Assembly: GCF_006345805.1 (NCBI RefSeq)
Contig: NC_042997.1
Span: 112,592,001-112,656,000, forward strand
Reading direction: 5' to 3'
Length of the DNA: 64,000 bases
Source: Octopus sinensis
Lineage: Eukaryota
Part shown: in pieces, positions 41,757 through 53,181 of the stretch
Position numbering within the stretch: position 1 is the first letter of the stretch
How the letters are laid out: each line of letters opens with the position of its first letter
Program-made: the position numbers and the translations under genes
Notes under the pieces: generated by a model
What the model saw: only the letters and a program-made list of their open reading frames with translations
Databases searched by the model: none
Told to the model about the DNA's origin: nothing

Positions 41757-41803
41757 GTCTTGCTGATGAGTACGTAAGTACGAAATCACAGGTGATACAA
41801 GAC
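41757..41803 (+). ncRNA. Type I hammerhead ribozyme, intact
   Basis: GUCUUG-CUGAUGA-GUAC(GUAA)GUAC-GAAA-UCAC(AG)GUGA-UA-CAAGAC. Stem I 6-7 bp, stem II 4 bp with GNRA loop, stem III 4-5 bp. Predicted cut after A41797. Confidence 0.88.
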
Positions 41804-42216
41804 TTAATTTTTAAATGTCTTGCTTTCAAAAATTGCATTTGGGTAGAATTAGTAAAATTTTTTGGTAGAAATGACTAATGTCCCTCTTAGCGTGTGGCAT
41901 GTATGTATAATAATGCCCTCTATATATAAATTAATATGTTCAATAAGAAAGAATTATTTTCGAAATTTTTATCTTATGAGGTTTTTCACGCTATCTACCT
42001 GATAATTTCTTGTTAAGATTCCTTATTAAGAGGTTATCCTTAATTGTTAAATAATTTTATTCCGAAAAAACTTTTCCCACCCGAAATGCAATTCGAAGAA
42101 GCCTGCCATTTACCGGATGTATTATATGTAAACTCCCCCATGTGCTTCGTTGTTGAACAGTTAGCTGTTTAGCTTCGACGAGACGAGGTCGTTTATTTAT
42201 GATACGTTCAGAACCA

Positions 42217-42263
42217 GTCTTGCTGATGAGTACGTAAGTACGAAATCACAGGTGATACAAGAC
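42217..42263 (+). ncRNA. Type I hammerhead ribozyme, intact
   Basis: Identical 47-nt sequence to 41757-41803. Predicted cut after A42257. Confidence 0.88.
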
Positions 42264-42370
42264 TTAATTTTTAAATGTCTTGCTTTGAAAAATTGCATTT
42301 GGGTAGAATTAGTAAAATTTTTGGTAGAAATTACTAATGTACCTCATGTATGTATAATAATGCCCTCTAC

Positions 42371-42621
42371 GTATAAAATATATACATATATATATATACA
42401 TACACACATATATATATACATACATACATATATACATACATACATATATACATATATACATACATATATACATACATATATACATACATACATATATACA
42501 TACATATATACATACACACATATATATATACATACACACATATATATATACATACATACATACATATATACATACATACATACATATATACATACATCAT
42601 ATATACATACATATATATACA

Positions 42622-42657
<36 letters not shown>

Positions 42658-42835
42658 CATACATACATACATATATATATACATACATACATATGTATAT
42701 ACATACATACATATATATATATATACATATATATATATACACATATATATATATACACATATATATATATACACATATATATATATACACATATATATAT
42801 ATATACACATATATATATATATATATACATACATA

Positions 42836-42867
<32 letters not shown>

Positions 42868-42959
42868 CATATATATACATATACATACATATATATATAT
42901 ACATACATACATATATATATACATACATACATATATATACATACATACATATATATACT

Positions 42960-42992
<33 letters not shown>

Positions 42993-43749
42993 ACATACAT
43001 ACATATATATATATACATACATACATATATATATATACATACATATATATATACATACATATATATATACATACATACATATATATATACATACATACAT
43101 ATATATATACATACATACATATATATACATACATACATATATATATACATACATACATATATATATACATACATACATATATATATACATACATACATAT
43201 ATATATACATACATATATATATATACATACATACATACATATATACATACATACATACATATACATACATACATACATATATATATACATACATACATAC
43301 ATATATAAATACATATATATATAAATACATATATATATAAATACATATATATATATACATACATATATATACATATATATATATACATACATATATATAC
43401 ATATATATATACATACATATATACATATATATATATACATACATATATATATACATACATATATATATACATACATATATATATACATACATATATATAT
43501 ATACATACATATATATATATACATACATACATATATATATACATACATACATATATACATACATACATATATACATACATACATATACACATACATACAT
43601 AAATACATACATACATATACATACATACATACATACATACATACATAAATACATACATACATATACATACATACATACATACATACATACATACATAAAT
43701 ACATACATACATATACATACATACATACATACATACATACATACACACA

Positions 43750-43790
<41 letters not shown>
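42371..43790. repeat. (TACA/TA)n to (CA)n expanse
   Basis: Direct reading. Confidence 0.97.
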
Positions 43791-43791
<1 letters not shown>

Positions 43792-45182
43792 TCTGCCAGA
43801 TCAAGATTGATGCCTGGTGCAGCCATCTGGCTCACCAGTCCTCAGTCAAAATCGTCCAACCCATGCTAGCATGGAAAGCAGATGTTAAACAATATATATA
43901 TATATATATATACATATACACATATATATATATATATATATCGTTCAACATCCGCTTTCCATGCTAGCATGGGTTGGACGATTTTGACTGAGGACTGGTG
44001 AGCTAGATGGCTGCACCAGGCTTCAATCTTGATCTAGCAGAGTTTCTATAGCTGGATGCCATTCCTAACGCCAACCACTCCGAGAGTGTAGTGGGTGCTT
44101 TTTACGTTCCACAGGCATGGGGGCCAGTCAGGCGGTACTGGCAATGACCTCGCTCGAATCTTTTTACATGTGCCAATGAAGCGACGTTGGTAACGATCAC
44201 GCTCAAATGGTGCTCTTTTACGTGCCACGGGTACGGAAGCCAGTTGTCTGCACTGGCAACGATCATGCTCGGATAGTGCTCTTGGCACATATATACATAT
44301 ATATCATCATCATTGTTTAACGTCTGTTTTCCATGCTGGTATGGGTTGAACAGTTTGACTGAGGACTGGCAAGCCAGGAGGCTGCACCAGGCTCCAATCT
44401 TTTCTGGCAATGTTTCTACAGCTGCATGCCCTTCCTAATGCCAACTACTCTGGGAGTGTAGTGGGTGCTTTTACGTGCCACCGGCACGAGGGCCAGTTTG
44501 GTGGTACTGGCAATGGCCATGCCCAAATGGTGCTTTTTATGTGCTACCTGCACAGGAGCCAATCCAGCAGCAATGGCAACAACCTCGCTCAAATGTTTCA
44601 CGTGCCACCAGCACAGGTGCTAGTAAGGCATGTTTCCACAAATCACATGAATTTAACATGAGAGTCAGTATCCTTGGGATTCATACAGCATAGACTGTAT
44701 TATCCGTGGGCTTCCAGTTAATCAACATCCTTGATTCGTTTCATCAGGCAATACTGCACTATTGGATGAATCACAGAAGGGTGTTTATCCCTTCTTGCCA
44801 GTATGAAGGCCAATCTAGCTATGTGAGTATTTCTATATGGACTTGGTCGGGGGAGGTAGGTGATGAGAGTAAAGGAAGGAATGGTAGAAATAAGGGGATG
44901 GAGGTGGGTGTGGTGGTGTTAGATTTATTTGCTATTCATGCAGCAGATTTAAGGATGGTAGTACATTTCTTGGTTCTATTTCATTTAAAACGTGACTCAA
45001 TAAATTTTGAACCCAACATGCGGTCAGCTAAACAGTGGTGTTTGTTGACCAAATTGGTTTAATACCACCCCTCTTATGGTGACCTTTTCCCTGTTTCTGT
45101 TGTTATAGTGTTATCATCTGAAATATTGGTATTTTCGTTTATTTGCCTGTGTTCCTTCGCTATTCTATAATTTGTTATTTGT

Positions 45183-45478
45183 TTACAAAATATTTTTTTC
45201 AAGTTCCATGAATGATATTTTGTTCCTATGCCTACACGATATGACCATCTCAGAGTGTCTATTCATCACATTTTCCCTGGGTGTGATTATTTCCAGGGTT
45301 TCTTCAAGGCATATGTTGCATACCCATGAAGTTCCGTTATATGATGCAGCATTTTTTTTATAACTGACTAGTGGCTTCTGTATTCTACTCCATTCTGTTT
45401 TAGCTTCCAAACAACGTTCAACAGAGATGTGGAATGTCTTTTATTTATATTGAAAAACGATGAGAGATGGTTTCTCAG
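45183..45478 (-). mobile_element. Penelope-like element relic, GIY-YIG endonuclease C-terminal part
   Basis: LRNHLSSFF...RHSTSLLNVVWKLKQNGVEY..*SVIKK / AASYNGTSWVCNICLEETLEII...MNRHSEMVISCRHRNK follows the PLE pattern NH..SF...WKLK...W.I...CNLCL.EK...CRH.NK; one stop and one frameshift. Confidence 0.75.
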
Positions 45479-45804
45479 GCAATTTTTCATGGTGTCTGAC
45501 TCACTACTTAGTATCATTAGACATTAGCCGGCATAATGAAATATATATACATATTAGAGGGAAACCACTAAGTGGACACCCTTAAGCTAGAAATAGATCC
45601 GCTATGGTCGTACCACTAAGAAATGTTCTCAAGTTGTAGGACCATAGCGGATCTATTTCTAGCATAAGGGTGTCCACATAGTGGTTTCCCTCTAATATGT
45701 ATATAATACAATTTTACTGAACCTTCAGTTTTTTTATATGCTAGACCACTGGTGTGAAATCGATGTTAATCAAATTATTATCTAATTTCTCACTCTCATT
45801 TTAA

Positions 45805-45843
<39 letters not shown>

Positions 45844-46211
45844 ATTGTGTGTGAGTATGTGTATATGTATGTGTTTCCTTGTCTTGATATCACATGACAT
45901 TTGTGAGTATCACCACCATACAAGTAGTGTCCTTTCTTTCCAACCTTCCATGAAAACATGTCTGGCCATGAAGAAATATTACCTTTCTTAGAAAAAGGTG
46001 AGGGTTAGTGACAGGAAGAGCATTCGCCTGTAGAAAATCTTCCTTAGTGAATTCCTTCTAACCTGTGCAAGCAGGGGAAAAATGGACGTTGAAATGATGA
46101 CAGTGTGTGTGTGTGTGAGAGAGAGAGAGAGACAGAGAGAAAGGGTGCTTATATAATTGAAATGAAATAAGTTATTAAAAAACAAACAGAAACAAATAAA
46201 AAAAAACTTAC

Positions 46212-46346
46212 TGATTCAGGAACTACAATGGGAGTCTGTGGAGGTATTTCATCTTCAATTTTGACCATATTTATGGTGCAGAAATTACAACCAACAAGTC
46301 CAGTGTTGGTCAGTGTAATGGTAGCTTCAGCCACTTGATCATATTT
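46212..46346 (-). CDS. HYDIN: HYDIN exon 6 (KYDQVAEATITLTNTGLVG...PIVVPES)
   Basis: TATCAG acceptor, GTAAGT donor, 135 nt, phase 0-0. Confidence 0.85.
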
Positions 46347-47905
46347 CTGATATGAATTGATATAGATTGATATAAACAAACTTTACTCTCTTTTCATATT
46401 AAATATCATATTTGACAGCTTATAAGATGCACTTTTTCCCTCACCAAAAAATGACTAAATAAATTCACCCTGTGAGGTTAGACCTATATTACTCATAAAA
46501 AAAAAACGACTTATTTCCCTGGATATCCATTGGAGTGCATCTGATACGTCCATGCGTCTTTTATGGTTCCAAATATGGTAAAAGTAAATTTATGTGAAAA
46601 CAGATGGCTTTGTGGTTAGCACATTCAGTCCACGATCCTAACATCATCAGTTTGATACTTAGCAGTGTGTTGTGTCCTTGAGCAAGACACTTTATTTCAT
46701 GTTTCTCCAGTCTGCCCTGTAACTGTAATTCAAAGGGACCAGTTTTGTCACATTCTGTGTCATATTGATCTCCTTGAGAACTATATTAAGGGTACACGCT
46801 CTGTGGAGAGCTCGGCCATTTGCAGGTTAACTTCGTGTGTGTGTGTTTGTCTTTCCCATCAACCACCACTTGACAAATTTTGGTTGGTTGACGTCCAAGT
46901 GACTTAGCAGGTCAGCAAAGAGACAGAGAGAATAAGTACCAGGCTTAGAAAGATAAAATAAGTTGGGGTCAATTCATTCAACTAAAAATAATTCAAGGTG
47001 GTGCCCCAGCATGGCCGCAATCTAATGACTGAGACTAGTAAAAGATGAAAGAAAAAATAAAAGATCAAGCTGATATAATGAAAACCAATGTTTTTGGAAT
47101 CAGCATCCAAGACATACCCATGAAGAGACCAAACTTTCAGAACAGCAGAATTCTTTGTTTTTTTTTTTTTTGTAGCTCAATCTGATGAATCAATGAACTA
47201 AACAGAACATTTAAGAAAAACCATTTATTATTACATTGGTTTCAAATTGTGGCACAAGGCCAGCAATTTCGGAGAAGTGGGTAAGTTGATTAAATCAACC
47301 CCAGTACTCAACTGGCGTTTATTTTATTGACCCAAAAAGGAGGAAAGGCAAAGTCGACCTCAGCAAAAATTTGAACTCAGAACATAGCGACAGGTGCGCT
47401 AATGATTCTGTCAGCTTGCTGCCTTAATAGAACATTAATAATCTTTTCTATTCTAGGCACAAGGCCTGAAATTTGGGTGGAAGAGATAAGTCAATTAGAT
47501 CAACCCCAGTATGCAACTGGCGCTTATTTTATTGACCCCAAAAAGAGGAAAGGCAAAGTTGTCTTCGGCAGAATTTGAACTCAGTATGTAGCAACGGGTG
47601 CACTAATGATTCTGCCAGCTTGCCGCCTTAATAGAATATTAATAATCCTTTCTATTCTAGGCACCATGCCCGAAATTTTGGGGGAAGGGACAAGAAAACT
47701 AGATCAACCCCAGTATGCAACTTTATCAACCCCAAAAGAAGGAAAGGCAAAGTCTACCTTGGAAGAATTTGAACTCAGAACATAAAGACAGACAAAATGC
47801 CTCAAAGCATTTTACTCAGCATGCTCACAGCCTTACAATTATTATTATAACATTGTTATATTGTTGTTATATTATTATTATATGGTTTTAATGTTCCTTT
47901 CTTAC

Positions 47906-48115
47906 CTGTTCTCCATAATCGATTGACAAAACATCAAATTTGTAACTTAGGTATGAAGCTTCTCCAGACAACTGGATGCAATATGTCGGACCCCCTTCAA
48001 CAGTACACATGGCTGTCACGCGTGCCGTTGTGTTGGCATGTCCAAAGAATGTCACTTTGACAAGTTCTGCTTGTCCTGGATGTAATACACCATTCATGGG
48101 AAGTAAATTGAAGGC
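47906..48115 (-). CDS. HYDIN: HYDIN exon 5 (AFNLLPMNGVLHPGQ...FFGHAN...CTVEGGPTY...YGEQ)
   Basis: TGCAG acceptor, GTAAGA donor, 210 nt, phase 0-0. Strong resemblance to HYDIN F.ILP..G.L.P...F.GHA...C.VE.GPTY. Confidence 0.9.
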
Positions 48116-48278
48116 CTGCAATTAGAACAATTAACATCAATACAAAGTTATAGAAAAGAGCAAGCAAATAAGAAGCCTGCATTTAAATGTGACAACACAG
48201 GCAGGAGTATAACCATTATCATCATCATCATCGTCATTTAATGCCTGTTTTCTGTGCTGGTATGGGTTGGATGGTAAA

Positions 48279-48510
48279 GGCGGCGAGCTGGCAGAAACGT
48301 TAGCATGCCAGGCAAAATGCTTAGCAGTATTTCGTCTGCTGTTACATTCTGAGTTCAAATTCTGCTGAGGTCAACTTTGCCTTTCATCCTTTCGAGGTCG
48401 ATTAAATATGTACCAGTTATGCACTGGTATCGATATAATCGACTTAATCCATTTGTCTGTCTTTGTTTGTCCCTTCAGTGTTTAGCCCCTTGTGGGTAGT
48501 AAAGAAATAG
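48279..48510 (+). mobile_element. Second SINE family (copies about 4380-4580, 14200-14420, 27320-27520, 47240-47820, 59150-59910)
   Basis: Head GGCGGCGAGCTGGCAGAA...GAGTTCAAAT plus central GCCTTTCATCCTTTCG(G/A)GGTCGAT domain; resembles a MetaSINE-type core as recalled. Confidence 0.7.
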
Positions 48511-50198
48511 GTATGGGTTGGATGGTTTGACAGGAGCTGGCAAGCTAGAGAGCTACACCAGGCTCTAGTTGTCTGTTCTGGCATGGTTTCTATGGCCAGA
48601 TGCCCTTCCTAATGCCATCCACTTTTCAGAGTGTATAAGGTACGCAAAATGAGCATGGGTGATTTTTACATCATGGTGCCAGCACAGATGCTTTCAGACA
48701 GTTGTCTTTCCTTGCCTGTCTTGCACTCAACACTTGTTTTTCATTATACTCACTCTCTCATCCATTCCACACCTCTCACTCCGCCATGTACTCTTGCAGC
48801 CTCCATCCATTCACACTCTTTCCCCCATTCACTTCTACTTACTTCATACCTCAAGACACCTCATCACTGCTATTTTTATCTCTTCTAAGCTCTCCACTGA
48901 TCACCTCACTGCTTTCATCATCATCATCATCATCGTCGTTTAACGTCCGTTCTCCATGCTAGCATGGGTTGGACGGTTCGACCGGGGTTCTGGGAAGCCA
49001 GAAGGCTGCACCAGGCTCCAGTCTAATTTGGCAATGTTTCTACAGCTGGATGCCCTTCCTAACGCCAACCACTCCGTGAGTGTAGTGGGTGCTTTTTACG
49101 TGCCACCTGCACAGGTGCCAGGCGGGGCTGGCAACGGCCACGGTCAGATTGGTGTATTTTATGTGCCACCGGCACGGAAGCCAGTCGAGGCGGTGCTGGC
49201 ATCGGCCACGAGTCGGATAGTGCTTTTTACGTACCACCAGACCAGGGATCCTGGCTGGTTCAATTCGATTTCGATTTCGCTTGCCCCAACATGTCTTCTC
49301 TTCTAAAATGTCAAGTAGACAACTGGTCCCTCTATAGTAAGAAACCTGATTTGTTCTGGCTCCTTCACTCATAATATAAGCCCTCAGATCCAAGCATAAA
49401 TCTCCTGCTCTCAGGGTACAAGATGTACAGTAACTCCACTGGGGCTAGTGCTACATAAAATGCACGCAGTACACCATGTAAAGTGGTTGGCATTAGAAAG
49501 GGCCTCCAGTTGTAGAAACCACACCAATGCCAACAATGGAGGGCAATGCAATCTTGGGCCCTGCTGGGTCTGCCTGACTGGCTCCCATGCTGGTGGCACA
49601 TAAAAAGCACTATCCAAACGTGATCGATGCCAGTACCACCTGACTGGCTCCTGTGCCAGTGGCACGTAAACAACACCCACTATACTCTCGGAGTGGTTGG
49701 CATTCAGCTGTAGAAACATTGCCAGACTAGACTGGAGCCTGGTGCAACCGCTGGCTTTCCAGGCCTTAACCAAACCATCCAACCATTGCCAGCATGGAAA
49801 ATGGACATTAAATGATGATGATGATGATGTTCAACCCATGCCAGCATGGGACAATGGATGTTAAATGATGATAATAACGACGATGTAATTTTACTGCTAA
49901 TTACTTTTGTGTATCTGCAGCATTTAAATCCTACATTCCCCATCAGCCATTAGATACTCCACCAAAGCTTTCTTACTGCTTACCAAACACAGCCATTTTT
50001 CAAATGTATACGCTTTTAAAATTAATATTCACTTCGTCCTTTTGTAGAAGCACCAAGAAATTTGTTAGAAATTAAATTATAATTATTGTATGCCATATTT
50101 TCTGATATTAGTTATGCCATCGTTGGTGGCAAAAGTATATTTCCAGAGTCACCCACCATATGACGGCTAACACTCTAGAATATAAATGAAAGCAATAA

Positions 50199-51078
50199 TA
50201 TGAAGAACATTCCAGAAGTTTTGAGGATTTTTTTAGGGGAGTTGGTTATAACTATCCTAGGTTATTGTAATTTTAATATATCGTTACTCTACATCTAATA
50301 AGCTGACCGGCCAACTTTTGCTGAACCAGACTTAAAGAGATGGCTATAACAATACTTTGAACACACCCTACAAAGCACTGCTTATCACAGCTGAATAATT
50401 TTCAGGATGCAGTCAGGATGTGAAGACAATTTGGAAGTTCGTTATGCAAAAAGGTTTTGTATTAAACTGGGCAAAAACACGACTGAAACTTACAAAATGC
50501 TCCAGACAGGTCGTGGCTTAACTTATATGAGCCAAGCATCTGTTTTTCACTGGCACAAAAGGCCAGGCAAATGAAGTCCACCAAGAAGCTCATGAAGATG
50601 CCCTTTTTCAACAGCAAGGGTATCATCTACATCCATTGGGTTCCCTCTGGTCAAATGGTCAACAAAGTCTTTGTGGAGGTTTTGAGGGAGTCCCAGAAGA
50701 GATTTCATTGCAAAAGGCCAGCACACCTGGGCCAGGACAATGCACCAGTTCACAATGCCATTCTGGTAACCAAAGGTACCAAAACTCTCCCCCACCCTCT
50801 CTACAGTCCAGACCCAGCTCCCTATGACTTTCGGTTGTCCCCCAAGCTGAAGGAGAACCTCAAAAGCAGTCATTTTGAGGATGAAGGAGGTCGTGACAAG
50901 GCTACTGGACACCTTCGCTTTGGAAGATTGCCATGGGGCCTTCACACAGTGGCAAGAGCACTACAACCAGGGCACTGAAATCAGAGGACCCTACTTTGAA
51001 GGCGATTAGAGTTTTGTATGTCTTTGAAAGGAATGTCTCTCCAGAAAAACTCTCAGAACTTCAGGAATGTACCTTGTA
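50199..51078 (+). pseudogene. Second mariner relic with internal deletions
   Basis: QDNAPVH and HPLYSPDPAPYDF motifs; TIR-like TATGAAGAACATTCCAGAAG.. and ..CTTCAGGAATGTACCTTGTA with TA ends. Confidence 0.75.
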
Positions 51079-51329
51079 TTTTCTGAAACAACAACATTTG
51101 TGGAAGCACCATTTTATAACACACAAAGCTATTTAAATACACTTAAAATTTTACCCTGACAGTGCAGATGATAATTTTTCATACTAACATGCAGACATCA
51201 TCATTTAACGTCCATCGTCCATGCTGGCATGGGTTGGACAGTTCGATAAAGAGCTGGAAAGCTGGGGAGCTGCACCAAACTCCTGTTTGTTTTGGTATGG
51301 TTTCTATGGCTGGATGCCCTTCCTAATGC

Positions 51330-51900
51330 CAAGCACTTTACAGAGTGTGCTGGGGGATTTTAGATGGCACTGAACAAGTGCTTTTACATAGAACCATATG
51401 GGCACTTTTACGTGGCACCATATGGGCACTCTTCCATGGCACAGCCACAAGTATTTTACACAACCAGAAGGATTGGTTTTAACACTTCTGTTGTGGGGTA
51501 TGGGTCTTCTTGTGTACAGCCAGGCGCCAGGTATCTCGGTCCTTTGTCATCTCACCTGAAAGGTTCAGCTTCCCAAGGTTGTTCTTCAGTGCTTCATCCC
51601 ATGTCTTCCTGGGTCTCCCACTTCCATGCGTTCTATCCACTTTGAGAGATTGGTACTTCTTTATGGAGCTGTCAGCACCCATCCACATCACATGATCAAA
51701 TCAGCACAGTCTCTTCTCTTGTGTACAACAACTAACTCTTCTTATACCTAACTTCTCCCTCAATACACTATCACTCTGTTGAACATGTACACTTACATTA
51801 CACATCCAGCAAAGCATACTGGCCTCATTCCTTTTTAACCTTTGCATGTCCTCTGCATTCAGGGCCCACATCTCACTAACAAGTATAATTGCTCTCCATA
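51330..51900 (-). mobile_element. Degenerate RTE 3' fragment
   Basis: LKRNEASMLCWMCNVSVH and GSGRPRKTWDE in ORFs 51701..52048 and 51479..51691. Bounds approximate. Confidence 0.7.
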
Positions 51901-52809
51901 TACATGCATCATCATCCTTTGACATCTGTCTTTCATGCTGGCATGGGTTGGATGACTTGTCAGGAGCTGGCAAGCAAAAGGACTGAACCAACCTCTGTCT
52001 GGTACAGCCTCTTGGCTTCCCAGACCCCAGTCGAACTGTCCAACCCATGCTAGCATGGAAAGCGGACGTTAAACAATGATGATGATGATGATCTTTGTGT
52101 GTTTATTAAATGGGTTTTTTTTTATTTAGTTGCTTCACTTTCAACACAGTCATAGACCAAGATCATAAGTTAGAAAAATAGCAGCTCTTAAATTTTCAAT
52201 AAATTGACTGGCTCCCATGCAGGTAGCACAGAAAAACACACCTTTTGAGTGTGGTCAGTGCCAGAACTGCCTGACTGACCTTCGTGCCAGTGGCACATAA
52301 AAAGCACCCACTACACTCTCGGAGTGGTTGGCATTAGGAAGGGCATCCAGCTGTAGAAACTTTGCCAGATCAGATTGAGCCTGGTGCAGCCTTCTGGCTC
52401 ACCAGACCTCAATCAAACAGTCCAACCCATGCCAGCGGGGAAAGCAGATGTTAAACAACGATGATGACAATGATGATGATGATGATGAAAAAAAAAAACT
52501 AATCTTTGACATTACAGTATAACAATTTTACACTTTAATAACAATAATCAACAAAACTACAAATTAAACAAACCTGACAATTATCTTTGCCAGAATTCTC
52601 TTCATCAAGTTCATTTAAAATTGTATAAGCACCACCACCATACAAATCTTGATTTCCTACATTCATCTATTCAAAATAAACAGAACAAGAACAGTAGAAT
52701 TAATGGTAATGTCTTAAACTATTTCATCATTAACATATGTATTCCTCTCTCTCTGAACACACAGCTTGTATTTTGCCAATGTTGTTCTATGAGCTGAATT
52801 ATGTTGAAA

Positions 52810-53181
52810 CTAGCACTATGACCCAGCAACACCGAGTCATAGTGCTAGTGCATGCATATACAGCTGCATGCGTGCACACATACACGCGAGTACTGTCCAA
52901 ATCTCCGACCAATCACATACAGCTAGCTGGCATTCAATTGGCATATCAAGTTTCGAGCATTTTGATTGGGTTTTGGATAGAAAATTCACAAAAAGGTCAC
53001 TTCTATTGATTTTTTAACGGCTTTGCAGGGTGACTAGGGAAATGTAAAGATGTGCACGACCACCCTTGGACAGTTTTGAAAGACCATAGAAAGTGCAAGC
53101 CCTCTAACTGAGAAACTGTGGATTTGTATAAAGGATACACACACACACAGACAGACATTTTGCTGTTTATATATAGAGAGA
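52810..53181 (-). mobile_element. Non-autonomous Helitron
   Basis: TC...CTAG ends between A and T; 14-bp perfect stem ACTAGCACTATGAC/GTCATAGTGCTAGT at the CTAG end. Confidence 0.65.

Larger units (their letters stand above)
40662..42370 (+). repeat. Tandem HHR-bearing array (retrozyme-like): units of about 436, 170, 431, 172 and 459 bp plus a partial unit
   Basis: Unit start ATGACTAATGTCCCTCTT (or near variant) at 40662, 41098, 41268, 41699, 41871 and 42330. One HHR motif per unit; flanked by (TA)n on both sides. Confidence 0.9.

Noticed and set aside
41654-41878. 74-aa ORF and start of the 362-aa ORF in the array
   Set aside because: Incidental frames across repeat units, broken by indels in sister units.
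40662-42370. CRISPR-like interpretation of the repeat array
   Set aside because: Inter-repeat sequences are copies of each other, not unique spacers; eukaryotic context and no cas genes.
35637-43835. Dozens of long YI/MYV/HTY-rich ORFs (up to 472 aa)
   Set aside because: Translations of (TA)n/(TACA)n microsatellite; same for 29427-30190 and 62758-63338.
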